Shown piece by piece: positions 33,628 to 44,701 of a DNA stretch of 64,000 nt. The DNA is taken from the NCBI RefSeq assembly GCF_000142905.1, contig NW_013657645.1, forward strand, positions 62,001-126,000, written 5' to 3'. Source of the DNA: Thecamonas trahens ATCC 50062. Taxonomy: Eukaryota > Protista > Apusomonadida. A model generated the notes under the pieces. That model saw only the letters and a list, made by a program, of their open reading frames with translations, searched no databases and was not told the origin of the DNA. Each line of letters opens with the position of its first letter. Position 1 is the stretch's first letter. The translations under genes were made by a program, and so were the position numbers.

Positions 33628-33975
33628 GGCAGAGGGCCATTCATTGTGGGCAGACGGCCATTCATCGTGGGCAGAGTGGGGAGATGGCCATCCATCGTGG
33701 GCAGACGGCCATCCATCGTGGGCAGAGTGGGGAGATGGCCATTCATTGTGGGCAGACGGCCATTCATCGTGGGCAGAGTGGGGAGATGGCCATCCATCGT
33801 GGGCAGACGGCCATTCATCGTGGGCAGAGTGGGGAGATGGCCATCCATCGTGGGCAGAGTGGGCAGATGGCCATCCATCGTGGGCAGACGGCCATCCATC
33901 GTGGGCAGAGTGGGGAGATGGCCATCCATCGTGGGCAGACGGCCATCCATCGTGGGCAGAGTGGGGAGATGGCCA
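33628..33975. repeat. Compound minisatellite of alternating 21- and 30-bp units
   Basis: GGCCATYCATYGTGGGCAGA followed by C or GTGGGGAGAT; ~80 bp upstream of the ATG at 33546. Confidence 0.9.
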
Positions 33976-34615
33976 AAAAACACTGGGCTTCGCTCGACTG
34001 GCAGGCCGCGATGGCATCAGGATGCACAAACATGAGCCATCGCTCGCCCCTCTCTCTCCCTGAAACGATCACGATGGCCTCCTCCCCCCTTCATCGTTCT
34101 CCACTCTCTCCCCCTTCACACACCTGCTCTAACCATGTCAAACACCACGAAAAGTGGCAAAATGGGGTCTCAGCAACGACTGGTTCGGGCCGAGGCAGGA
34201 GCCGAAGGAGAAGAACAGGCACACGACTTGTGATGTCGGCGAGTGGCAGGTGGAGTGATGCGCATGTGGACGAAGGGCAACCGCCTGTGGATCGATCCGA
34301 TCCCGAAGTTGTGAAGGCATGCTGCGCGACGAGCGGCGCGCCTGCCCGGCGCAGCTTGCGGCGCGCGCAGCGCTTGCTCTTGGCCCCGAGGAGGGCTAAA
34401 CGCATGCGTTTTACTTCAAAAAAAAAAAGGCCGCGCTGTACACATATGGTACGTGCGGTTACTTCAAAAAGTCGAGCAAATGCACAATCGCGACCGCCCG
34501 ACGAGGCCGAGCGGCCGGTCGTCGTGGCGTAAATTGGTCATGAGTCGACTTCCATTTCTATATATATCATCATATGATTAAATGTCGAGGGGAGCCTGAA
34601 GGCTCCCCAACGAGC

Positions 34616-35788
34616 TTAATATTTGAGACCCTGATGACGCTTGCTTCGGCGAGCGTTGTCGTCAGAGTCGAATGTTGCGGGGGTACGCGCGCGCTTGGAG
34701 CCGATCGGCGGCATGTCGTACTTGGCAAACCAGGCCTCGACTGCGCGTGCAGTCGTTTTCAACTGGCCCTTGCAGGCCAGGTTGTAAAGCGAATTGAGCA
34801 TGCCCTGGACCACTTCGTCGGTCTTGAAACAGTTGGAGCTCGGCGAGCCGCAGGCCATAATAAGCGCAAGCGCACAGAAGAACTTAACAAAGAGGTTGAA
34901 GAGGTTCTGAAAGGGCGTATCGGCGTCCTCGTCAAACATCGCCTTCACGTGCTCGACAATCGCATTCGCGCGGTCTCCGGAAGTGCTGTGGTACACCTCC
35001 ATGAGGCGGCACTCGGGAAGGTTCAGAGCACGCACGGCACCAGTGGGCGAGCCAGCCTCTAGGGCAGCAAACACCGCGGAAGGGATGGCCGGCGTGGACT
35101 TACGGATGACACGCTCAAAAGGGGGGAGCTTATCCGGCGAAAGAGCGGTGAGGAGCCGGTCGATGACCCCCTCGACGAGCAGAGGCACCCGCTTCACACG
35201 AATGCGGTCGCAACTCCGCTTCTTGGCCGGTTGCGGGAAAAGATCCGCAATCTTGGCGAACTGAGCCTTGAGCACGTTCTTGACAGAGTTACGGCGCTCA
35301 GCCAGGGTACGGATCATGGGCTGAGGCTCGGCCATGAGCGGCACTGTTTCGGGCTGCGGCGACGACGAGGTGGCCGACGACGCGTACGACGAAGTGGCCC
35401 ACGACGAGGAGTTTCCGACAAAGATCGGGTCCCCAGGTGAGGCAGACAACGACGACCACACGCCAAGTTCCGAGGGTGTGAGCATGTCGCTGATACCCTC
35501 AGGCGAGGAGGTCAGAGAAACGCCCGACAGAAGTTCGTCCACGGACAGAGAGGAGTCCATCTCTTGCGGAGGACTCGAGGCTCCTTCGGAGGGCGACATT
35601 GAGACGGAGGGCCGAGAGTCTAGCTCGGGAGTGGTCGGCATGGACAGACACAGGCTCGGCGAAGGCGACCCGACCAGACGAACAAAATCGAGGCCAGGAA
35701 GGCTGGACGACCCAGCATACAGCTCAAGCTCGGGAGTGGCAGAGCCACGGTTGGCGTAGGCGCCGTTGAACGAGGGGTTGTCACACAT
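34616..35788 (-). CDS. Hypothetical protein (Ser/Pro/acidic N-half, helical C-half, basic NLS-like ends)
   Basis: 390-aa ATG ORF; PAKKR and RRSKRH motifs. Confidence 0.6.
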   Translation of the reverse strand: MCDNPSFNGAYANRGSATPELELYAGSSSLPGLDFVRLVGSPSPSLCLSMPTTPELDSRPSVSMSPSEGASSPPQEMDSSLSVDELLSGVSLTSSPEGISDMLTPSELGVWSSLSASPGDPIFVGNSSSWATSSYASSATSSSPQPETVPLMAEPQPMIRTLAERRNSVKNVLKAQFAKIADLFPQPAKKRSCDRIRVKRVPLLVEGVIDRLLTALSPDKLPPFERVIRKSTPAIPSAVFAALEAGSPTGAVRALNLPECRLMEVYHSTSGDRANAIVEHVKAMFDEDADTPFQNLFNLFVKFFCALALIMACGSPSSNCFKTDEVVQGMLNSLYNLACKGQLKTTARAVEAWFAKYDMPPIGSKRARTPATFDSDDNARRSKRHQGLKY

Positions 35789-36472
35789 TTCACGGGTTGG
35801 TTGGGAGGGTAGAGGGGGTGGAAGGGGTACGACTCAAAGTAGAGAGGTGTGCCCTCAAGACGTTCGATCGCCGCCGTCTCCAAATGGAAGCCTGTCTTCG
35901 TGCGACTGGCTTGTGCGAGAGAACATGTGCTTTTCCGCATCTGGGAAAAAATCTCCGCACCACATCAGCCACGGACAGGCTTCCAACAGGCTGCCGCCAG
36001 GCTAGCCCAGAACCTGCAACCCCCCACCCCCTCCCCCCACCCCCCTTTCCCCGTCCCCTCTCTCCTCCGCCTCCCCGCCTCGAACAATCCCCNNNNNNNN
36101 NNNNNNNNNNNNNNNNNNNNNNNNNNNNNNNNNNNNNNNNNNNNNNNNNNNNNNNNNNNNNNNNNNNNNNNNNNNNNNNNNNNNNNNNNNNNNNNNNNNN
36201 NNNNNNNNNNNNNNNNNNNNNNNNNNNNNNNNNNNNNNNNNNNNNNNNNNNNNNNNGGCCTTACGTTCGTACCCCCACCCCCCCCCCACGGCAACAATTA
36301 CACCACCAAATCCCACAGCCCATGGCAGATCCGCCAAGATCCCCCCATCCGGCGTGGCAGACCTCGTGACAGGCGTCTCACTGGTAGCGGCGGTGGGCGA
36401 GATGACGTGGCTCGGTGAGGCGAGGAGGGGGCAGAGACGGGCGAGAGTACGCATCTCTGAAGTGACTCGGCA

Positions 36473-37852
36473 ATGGGATGGGTGGGGCGGGTCTGGCGGG
36501 CGAGCGGGGAGTTTCTGGCCGCCAATGGGCGGCGATTCCTCCCGCTTGTGCTCGGCCTTGTGGCCATGGGCGCGGTGCTGGGGCTGGAGCGGAGCCTGCT
36601 GCCGCTGATGGCTTCATCGGTGTGGGGACAAGACTCGTACAAAGCCAAGACCATGTTCATTGTCTCGTTTGGCCTGGCAAAGGCTCTGATGAACGTGGTC
36701 TCGGGTCAGCTTGCTGATCGCTTTGGTCGCAAGCTGACCCTTGTCATCGGCTTTGTCTTCGGCCTCCCGGTCCCGCTCGTCATCCTCTTCACCAACTCGT
36801 GGGACTTGGTCGTTGCCGTCAACGTGCTCTTCGGCATGTCGCAGGGCCTCATTGGCTCGTCTCTCATCTTTATGGTCATTGATCTGTTTGGCGTCGAGCG
36901 CAAGGGCCTCGCCGTCGGCATCTGCGAGGCCCTCATCTACTCGACCGTCTCGGTCATGTCGGCCGTCGCCTCCGAGATTGCGGACAAGCACGGCTACCGC
37001 CCTGTGCCCTTTATCATCGGCGCTGTAGTCGGCGGCCTTGGCCTCCTCTCCTCGGCCTTTGTCATCGACACTATGGACCTTGTCCGCGCACAGCAGGCCA
37101 ATACTGCCGGCAACGCCGCCGCCTCGGACGCCCTGCTCCTCGAGTCCGGCGCAAAAGTCGAGCCCGTGACCTATGGCGGTGTCGACAACGGTGATGCCGC
37201 CGCCCTCGACGACGTGCTCGCCGGCGAGTCACGCCTACCGTCGCGCTCGGCCACCGAGGCCATCATCCGTCTTGCCACCAACCCGAACTTTGTCCTCGTC
37301 GCCCTAGCGGGCCTCATGGACAAGTGCAAGGACTCGATCCTGTGGGGCCTGGCGCCCGAGTTTCTCGAGGAGAACCACAACGTGTCGATTGCCACCACCG
37401 GCATCGTCCTCGCCCTCTATCCTGCAGTCTGGGGCGGGACGCAACTGTTCCTCGGCGGCGCAACCGACCGCCTCGGCCGCCGGCTGTTCCTTGCCCTCGG
37501 CTTTGCCACCAACGCCATCGCCCTCGGCGCTTTTGTGCTCATTCCCATGATCCACATCTCCTACTCGGAGCGCATCATTCTCTGGTCGCTCTGCGCCGTC
37601 CTCCTCGGCTTTGGCACCGCCGCCGTCTATCCGACTATGCAGGCCGCCGCCGCCGACGAGGTCGAGCCGGCCTGGCGTGCCTCCTCGCTCGGCATCTACC
37701 GTTGCGTCCGCGACTTTGGCTATGCCGTCGGCGCCCTCTCCGCCGGCGGTGTCGCTGACGCCTTTGGCCTCGACTGGTCCATCGGCGGCCTCGCCTCTCT
37801 GCTCTTCCTTCTTGCCCTCGCCCTGGCCATCTTTTACCGCAATCGCCTCTGA
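36473..37852 (+). CDS. MFS transporter, prokaryote-like subfamily
   Basis: 12 TM; GQLADRFGRK and GATDRLGRR motifs; GLERSLLPL; WRASSLGIYR..RDFGYAVGAL. Confidence 0.92.
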   Translation: MGWVGRVWRASGEFLAANGRRFLPLVLGLVAMGAVLGLERSLLPLMASSVWGQDSYKAKTMFIVSFGLAKALMNVVSGQLADRFGRKLTLVIGFVFGLPVPLVILFTNSWDLVVAVNVLFGMSQGLIGSSLIFMVIDLFGVERKGLAVGICEALIYSTVSVMSAVASEIADKHGYRPVPFIIGAVVGGLGLLSSAFVIDTMDLVRAQQANTAGNAAASDALLLESGAKVEPVTYGGVDNGDAAALDDVLAGESRLPSRSATEAIIRLATNPNFVLVALAGLMDKCKDSILWGLAPEFLEENHNVSIATTGIVLALYPAVWGGTQLFLGGATDRLGRRLFLALGFATNAIALGAFVLIPMIHISYSERIILWSLCAVLLGFGTAAVYPTMQAAAADEVEPAWRASSLGIYRCVRDFGYAVGALSAGGVADAFGLDWSIGGLASLLFLLALALAIFYRNRL

Positions 37853-37898
37853 CGCCACCGTCTCTGACGCCATCGCCACCGGACGCCGCGCCGAGAGC

Positions 37899-39001
37899 TC
37901 ACATAAAGGCCATGAACGACGAGCCTGACGAGGCGACAGGCGACGATGGCTCGTACTCGGCCCAGCTGAGGCCGTAGACCGGTGAGGCGGCGGCGCAAAT
38001 GAGGCCGGTAAACGACTCGTCTTCAGCGGGAGCATACTCCCAATGTGACGGCGGTGGGATGACGTGGCCGCCCTCGACGACGACAGCCGGCCCGAGATCG
38101 GCGACAAGGTCGTCGCGGGCAGGGACGGTGTCGATGATCTTGGTCGCGCGGAGGGCGGTGATGGCCGACGAGAGAACGGCGTCGTCGATGTGGTTGGATT
38201 CTGCGTAGCCGACGGAAGCAAACCAGTCTGCAGCGTCCTGGCGCGCGATGCCATGCTTCTTCACCACAAAGTCGACCGAGGCCTCGCCTTCGGCTACAAA
38301 GGTGCGGGCAGCGTCCTTGATGGTAGCGAGCATGGCGTCGAGGGCGGGACGATTGTGCTCGAGGAGCGCACGCGAGACGGCGATCATGAAGCAGGGCCAC
38401 GGGGTGAAGCAGTCGCCGACGTGGCGGAGGCGGCCAGCATCCGCCAGCGGCTTGGTCGTCGAGTGGTTCCACATAAAGAGCGATGCGGCGCCCGAGGCGA
38501 CAGCAGCCTCGAGACCGTCCAGCGAGCCGCACGGCTTTGCAAAGGAGACCCGTTCGGGATCCCACCCGCGCGCGTTGGCCATGATGGTGGCCATGAGGTG
38601 CGAGCCCGAGCCAAAGCGCGAGATGCCAAAGATGATGGGCCCGTGGCCGGCGTCGAGATCTTCCAGCGAAGTGATGGGCGAGTCTGGTGCCGCCCAGACG
38701 CCCCAGCGGAGCGGAACGCTCACGTAGGGCGCCACCATGATGTAGTCCTCCGAGCCACGGAGCGCGATGTCGGCAATGAGGCCCTCGGTGAGTGCCACAG
38801 CCACATCGACCTCGCCCGAGCGGAGCGCCGGGTCATGGCCCCCGTCCCGCCCGAGTACGTCACAAAGTCGAGGGCGAGGCCGCGGGCAGCAAAGAGCCCG
38901 CGGTCGATGGCAAGGTGCCACGGGTCGTTAAAGTGCTCGGGCACGCCTGCCACCCGGATGGACGTCGCCGTCGCCGCCGTCGTGGCTGTGGTGGAGGCCA
39001 T
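37899..39001 (-). CDS. Type-2 periplasmic-binding-fold protein (NMT1/THI5, Ca3427-like); frameshift at ~38828
   Basis: IRVAGVPEHF..PWHLA; GGTGAM..ALRSGEVDVAVALTEG; GISRFGSGSHLM; FMW..TTKP; TPWPCF. Confidence 0.85.
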
Positions 39002-39452
39002 GATGGAGAGGTGGCGAGGAGCGTGAACAGGCTGAATGGAAGCCACCTTCCATTGCCGGTCACCAGCTGCGTCTCGACATGCTCCCACACTGTCGTGACA
39101 ACGACCAAAGACATCAGCAACACCGCCATGCGTTGATGACGCTCGACGACATCACGCCGAACATATAGCTCCCTCCACCACCGAATGTTCCCTGCCGCCG
39201 CAATGCGCAGACGCAATGCCATCGCAGCCCCACCACCTCCACCACCTCCACCATCCTCTCTCCTCCCCTCCCCCCCCCCCACCTCACCCCCACCACACAC
39301 ACACACAGATACACAGATACACTCCCCAATTTTTTCACCCCACCCCCACCCCCACCCCACCCCACCCCCCCACCACCACCACGCATTCTTCCATTCGCCC
39401 ACCATTCCCTCCAAAGAAACCACAGCACCCTCTCCTCGCCCTCCCCCCACCC

Positions 39453-40988
39453 ATGTCCGCCCCCATCCCCATCCTTGTTGTGGGCGCACCCGGGACGGGC
39501 AAGTCGACCTACACCACGTTCTTCACCACCGCCACCCCCTCCCCCTCCCCCTCCCCCTCCCCCTCCCCCACGTCCGCGCCTGTTGTCGTCGCCCCTGGCG
39601 TCTGCCTCGCCTTCACCTCGTCGGCCTCCTCGCCCACCTTGCCCTCGTCGCTGCTGCTGCACGAGGTCTCACTCGCGCCCAATGCCCCCGTGGAAGCCCT
39701 GTCCAAGGCACTGGCGGCCGCAGGTGTGGCTCCCGCCGCCGCCGTCCTCCTCTACTCATCGGCAGACTACGAGTCGTACGCCGCTCTCCGCGCCTACTAC
39801 CGCGCCCTCCTCCTCGCCCTGCCCTCGGTCCCAGGCAAGTGCATTGCCGTCGTTGCCACACACTACGATGCGCCTGAAAAGGCCCTCGCCGCGCCGGCCT
39901 TTCATCGCGCCCACCGCCTCGCCCACTGGAACGTCTCGCTGGCCACGGGCTACAACGCAGAGCTCCCACTGCGCTTCCTCCTCGCCACACGCCTCGCTCT
40001 CCCGCACGACACCCCGCTTGTTCTCTACTCGCTCGGCGACAAGGTCTTTGTCTCAGAGGACGCCATCGCGGCTGCAAACGCCTCCGCCAACGACGACAAT
40101 GCCGACGGCGCTGATGGTGCAAGCAGCGCCGCCGAGCTCGCCGTCCGCCGCAAGCGCCACGGCTACCGCGCAGCCTCGCTCGCCGCTCGTCCGCGCGCCG
40201 CGCCGACCGATCCCGACGTCGTCATTTGTGAGCTTCCGCCGTGCGAGTGCGGCGAGTTGCCGCTGTTGCTGCGGTCGGCCAAGTCAAGGCCCGACCATCC
40301 GAACCACGGCCGCCCGTACTGGGCCTGCGCCAACGACGACGAGTGGTCGTGCTGCGGCCTCTTTGTTTGGGCTGATCTCCCGCTCGAGAGCCAAGGCGAT
40401 GCCCGCGACCTGGTCTCCTCAGTCTGCTGCCGCGTCCACGGCCTCCCCACCCTCCGCCGCCGCATCACCCGCCACACCGCCAACCACGGCCGCATCTTTC
40501 TCGTCTGCTCGGCCCGCCAGCGCTGCGACTTTTTCCAGTGGGCCGACAAGCCGCGCTTCAAGTTTACCCGCTGGCGCCCGCCCTCGCTCCGCACACCTTA
40601 CGTCCGTGCGCCACCCATCGAGCCGCCGCGTTCGGCTGCCGCGCCTGGCACCACATCCGCGCAGGTCTCGGGCCTTGACCTCCTTCGCGCCGAGCGCGAG
40701 ATCCACCGCCTCCGCCTCGCCGGCGCGCTGACGCCCGACAATGCTTCGGGTCTCCTCGCCACCCTCGACTCGCCCGACGCCCTCCTCACCGCCGCCGTCG
40801 TCTCCGTCCTCAACGCCAACGCTGACGAGGCTGCTGTCGACAGCGCCGAAGACGACGACGCCGACGCCGAAGACGCTCCTGCCAACGACCGCGGCCTCGC
40901 CGCATACGGTCTCGACTCGGCAAACGACGTCGCCCTCCTCACCTCGCTCATGACCGCTGTCGGCTACCTAGCCTCCATCGAGGCATAA
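39453..40988 (+). CDS. Divergent Ran-like small GTPase domain fused to two GRF zinc fingers
   Basis: ILVVGAPGTGKST; ATHYD; FHRAHRLAHWNVSLATGYNAELP; CECG..NHGRPYWAC..CGLFVWAD; CRVHG..NHGRIFLVC..CDFFQWAD. Confidence 0.75.
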   Translation: MSAPIPILVVGAPGTGKSTYTTFFTTATPSPSPSPSPSPTSAPVVVAPGVCLAFTSSASSPTLPSSLLLHEVSLAPNAPVEALSKALAAAGVAPAAAVLLYSSADYESYAALRAYYRALLLALPSVPGKCIAVVATHYDAPEKALAAPAFHRAHRLAHWNVSLATGYNAELPLRFLLATRLALPHDTPLVLYSLGDKVFVSEDAIAAANASANDDNADGADGASSAAELAVRRKRHGYRAASLAARPRAAPTDPDVVICELPPCECGELPLLLRSAKSRPDHPNHGRPYWACANDDEWSCCGLFVWADLPLESQGDARDLVSSVCCRVHGLPTLRRRITRHTANHGRIFLVCSARQRCDFFQWADKPRFKFTRWRPPSLRTPYVRAPPIEPPRSAAAPGTTSAQVSGLDLLRAEREIHRLRLAGALTPDNASGLLATLDSPDALLTAAVVSVLNANADEAAVDSAEDDDADAEDAPANDRGLAAYGLDSANDVALLTSLMTAVGYLASIEA

Positions 40989-40994
40989 ACTCGT

Positions 40995-43900
40995 TCACTT
41001 GTAGAAAACAACGTGCTGGTTCTGCTTGCCCTTGATCCACAGACAGCCAGTGGGCGGGAACTTGGGGTGCTCGCCGCCCTCCTTGGCAAAGGTGATGACC
41101 GCGTCGACGCCGGGCTTCTTGAGCTCAAGCGCGCCGGCCGAGGTCTCGGCCGAGACCCGCGAGTTGTTGAACGTGATCGAGGTCTCGAACCGGACCGGGA
41201 GTTCCGAGCCGGTCAGCCGCAGGTACGCCTCGTAGAGGACGGTGACGAGCTCCGAGACCCGCTCCTCGCCGCCGAGGCCGACGTCGATGACAAGGTCGCG
41301 GAGCGGCGACTTCATGTTGATGACAACGTACGAGTCGCTGTTCGGCGAGACGGCAATGGCCGCGGCCTGCACAATAGGGATCGGCTCCTTCTTGACCACC
41401 AGCTTGGCCGGGTCGTACTTGAGGATGTTGCGCTCGGTGACGACAATGACCCGCTGCTGCGCCTTGGCCTTGGGGTTGATCTTGTTGACCACGTCCGAGA
41501 AGAGGATCTGCGAGTCGCTCCCGCCGGTCAGCAGCTGCTCGACCGCCATGCGGTACTCGGCGACCTTGGGATACGTCGCCGGGTCGTTGAGGTAGTCGGC
41601 CTTGTACCGCCGCGCGCAGTCCCACGGCTTGTTGCCCGAGAACAGGTCCATCGCCACAATCTTCTGCCGCATCAGCAGCTGTTCCTCCTCGCTCAGCGTC
41701 GACACCTTGCACCGTGCCCACCAGTACTTCCACACCTTGCGCGCAAGCGCCACCACTGCGTCGAGCCACCGATGCAGCCGCGGCCAGACCGTGAACTTGC
41801 CAAAGTCGGGATCGTTCTCCACACTCGCAAACGCGTCCACCAGCTTGCCCATCTCAGACTTGAGCTTGTACCGCCGCCAGTTGCGCGCAATCCGCGCCAC
41901 CGCGTGCATCCGGTCGCGCCGCTCGAGCATCATCGCCTTGTGCTCCTTGAACCACACCCGCGTCTTGTATCCGCGCCAGATCTTCTGGATCATGACCGCC
42001 ACAATCGGCAGCCGCTCCTTCCGCATCCGCTCCACGAGCATAAACGTCGATGCGTTCTTGATGAACAGCTTGGTCGTCCCGAGCTCGTACTCGGACCGCG
42101 CCACCCGAGCCCGTTGAGAATAGTCTCCACCCCGTCGCGGTCCGACCCGCGCCAGATCGGCCACGTCGCGTCGGTCAGCATCTTGTACCGCCACATGAAC
42201 CGCGTGTAGTGCTGCCGGTTGCAGAACCCGGCCTTTCGCACCCGCACCGCCTCCACCAGGTTGAGGTACACCACCTGGTGCCGCACCCGCTCCTCGTCGA
42301 GGTGCAGCCCGCGCTTGGCGTCGTTCGACTTGATGCACCGAATGTAGTGCGGCGAGCACGCCTGCAGCGTCGCAATGAGCTCGCACACAGCCTTCTTGAA
42401 CTGCGTCGCTGCAGTCACCGGCCGCCGCTTCGACTGCGCCAGCGCCTTGTCGCCCTTGAACAGCTCCTGCACAAGGGCCGAGCTCGACGTGTGCATCGTG
42501 TTGACAAGGTCTGGGTACAGCGCGTCACGGTTCTTGTCCTGGAACAGCTCCGCAGAGTAGACCACGTCGCCGGCGTAGTGCTTAATCCGGAACTGCTCCG
42601 CCGTCAGGCTACGGTCCGCCCCGTTGGCCGCAGCCTCAAAGTGCGCCGACGAGCTGAGCCCGTTAGCAAACTTCTCCACAAGCTGCCCCGTCGTCGTGTT
42701 GCCCACCAGGCACGCCTCGTCGAGCAGCGCAATGATCGATGCTGACCGCGCCGACGCACCTTCGATCAGCGAAATAATCGGCGAGTTGTCAAAGTAGTCG
42801 ATCGGCGTCCACGTGATGCCCTCGCGCGCGTACTCCTCCTGCTCAGACTGAAGCACGTTGAGGATAAAGTACTGCTGCAGCTTCTCGTTACAGTAGTTGA
42901 TGCAGAACTGCTCAAACGAGTTGTCCTCGAAAATCTCAAACCCGTAGATGTCCAGAATCCCGATGACCGCCTCCGAGTACGCTCCGCGCGCCGGCTCGAG
43001 CTCAGAGTTGATTCGCGCCACCACCCAGTCAAACAGCCGCGAGTAGAGGAACTTGGCCAGCGCGTCGCGCGTGTCCGCCGCCCCCGCACCGTCCAGCTGC
43101 ACCGTGATCTGCGACGCCCGACGCCCGACGCCTGTCGAAATCGACCGCGACATCAATGAGCCCATCAGAAAGTCAGCATCGACCGCAAGAAGATCCGCAA
43201 CCTGCAGCACCACCTCCTGGTTGGCCACAGAAACGCACTCGGTCTTGTGCTCCGCAGACTTGTCCGCGTCGTCCACAAACTCCACGTTGCCGAGCAGCAA
43301 AATGGCGCCCAGCACCTTGAACACTTCCTCCAGGTCGTCGTCGTTCCACCCGAGCACCTTGACCGCTTGCTGCACCTCCAGAAAATCCTCCACATCGCGA
43401 ATCGATGACACCTCGTAGCACCCAGAAATCGCAAGGTACTTGTACGCCGCCGGATCCGGCGTCAGTCCCAGCTGCGACATCAGAATCGGCTGCGACAGCA
43501 TCTGGTAGAAGACGTGGAACGATCGCTCGCCCTCGGCACGCGTCACCACCCGCGACTTTTCCAGCAGATACTGCGAGATCCGCCCACCCACGGGCGCGCC
43601 CGCAAAGTTAAACTGCAGCTCCATGTACTTGCCAAACCGCGACGAGTTGTCGTTGCGCAGCGTCTTGGCGTTGCCAAACGCCTCCAGCACAGGGTTCGAC
43701 TCCAACAGCCGGTTCTTGATCCGCTCCGTCTCGGCTGCCGCCGCAGACGACGCCGCCGCGTCTGCCATCGACGCACCCACCCGTGACGACGACACATACG
43801 CCACGTACTTCATAAAGATCTTCGACGACACTGTCTTACCCGCCCCCGACTCACCCGTGATGATCACGCACTGGTCGCTCTTCTCCGACAAAAGAGCCCG

Positions 43901-44600
43901 GTACGTGTCGTCCGCCAGTGCGTAGATGTGCGGCTGAACCTCGTACTGGAACTGGTTGACAAAGTCCGCCATCTCCGGCTCCGCCACCGACTGGAACGGG
44001 TTCACCGACACGATCTGCTCGCCGATGTTCGTCTGTCCTCCGCACGCCATGCCCACCACCACAACAACAACAGCAACGACCGAGTGAGCGAGTGAGTGAG
44101 TGAGTGAGTGACCACGCCGACCAGTGTCGAAGCAGGCGTCGGCGATGTCCATCAGCGCACCATTCCATAGCCATGGCCATTAATGGTCAACGACGGCCCC
44201 ACCTCGACCATTGTCATCGACTGCCTGGCCCCCCGCCCGCCACCACCATGACCTGCACACCGCCCACCCACATACCACCACCACCATGCCCTGCACCACC
44301 ACTCACTTCTCCTCCTGGTGCTGTTGCTGCTCCTCCTCCTGCTCCTCCTGCTCCTCCTCCCCCCCCCCCTCCCCCCCCCACCTTCGCACCCCAGGTGCGG
44401 TCAAAAACCTGCGTTCCGTCGAAAAAGCCACACACTCCCCCACCGCCCCCACTCCCCGCCGCCACCCCGCCCTTTCACCGCTGTGCACATACGTAGATAA
44501 TGCCCTTGGAAAAGCGGGTCTTGAGATTCTCCATAAAGGTGTCCTCGGTCACCTCGTCCATGAGGGTCATGTCGTACATGCCCTCGCCGGCCCTGAACAT
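40995..44600 (-). CDS. MYO1: Class I myosin, short-tailed (IQ + TH1); exons 44600-44493 and 44032-40995, frameshift at 42104-42106
   Basis: GIIY|TNIG splice; GESGAGKT, LEAFGNAKTLRNDNSSRFGK, LDIYGFE; IQKIWRGY; TH1 (FSDVVNKINPKAKAQQRVIVVT). Confidence 0.93.
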
Positions 44601-44701
44601 CTTGCCCTCTTTCTTTGTCGCGAGTGAGCTGGTGTCGAGAGCCGCCGCAAGCCAACGCCGCCGCACACACAGGCTGAGCTGGGGGAGGGGGGGGGGGGGT
44701 G

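Noticed and set aside
33531-34072. Repetitive ORFs in all six frames
   Set aside because: Stop-free 21/30-bp minisatellite
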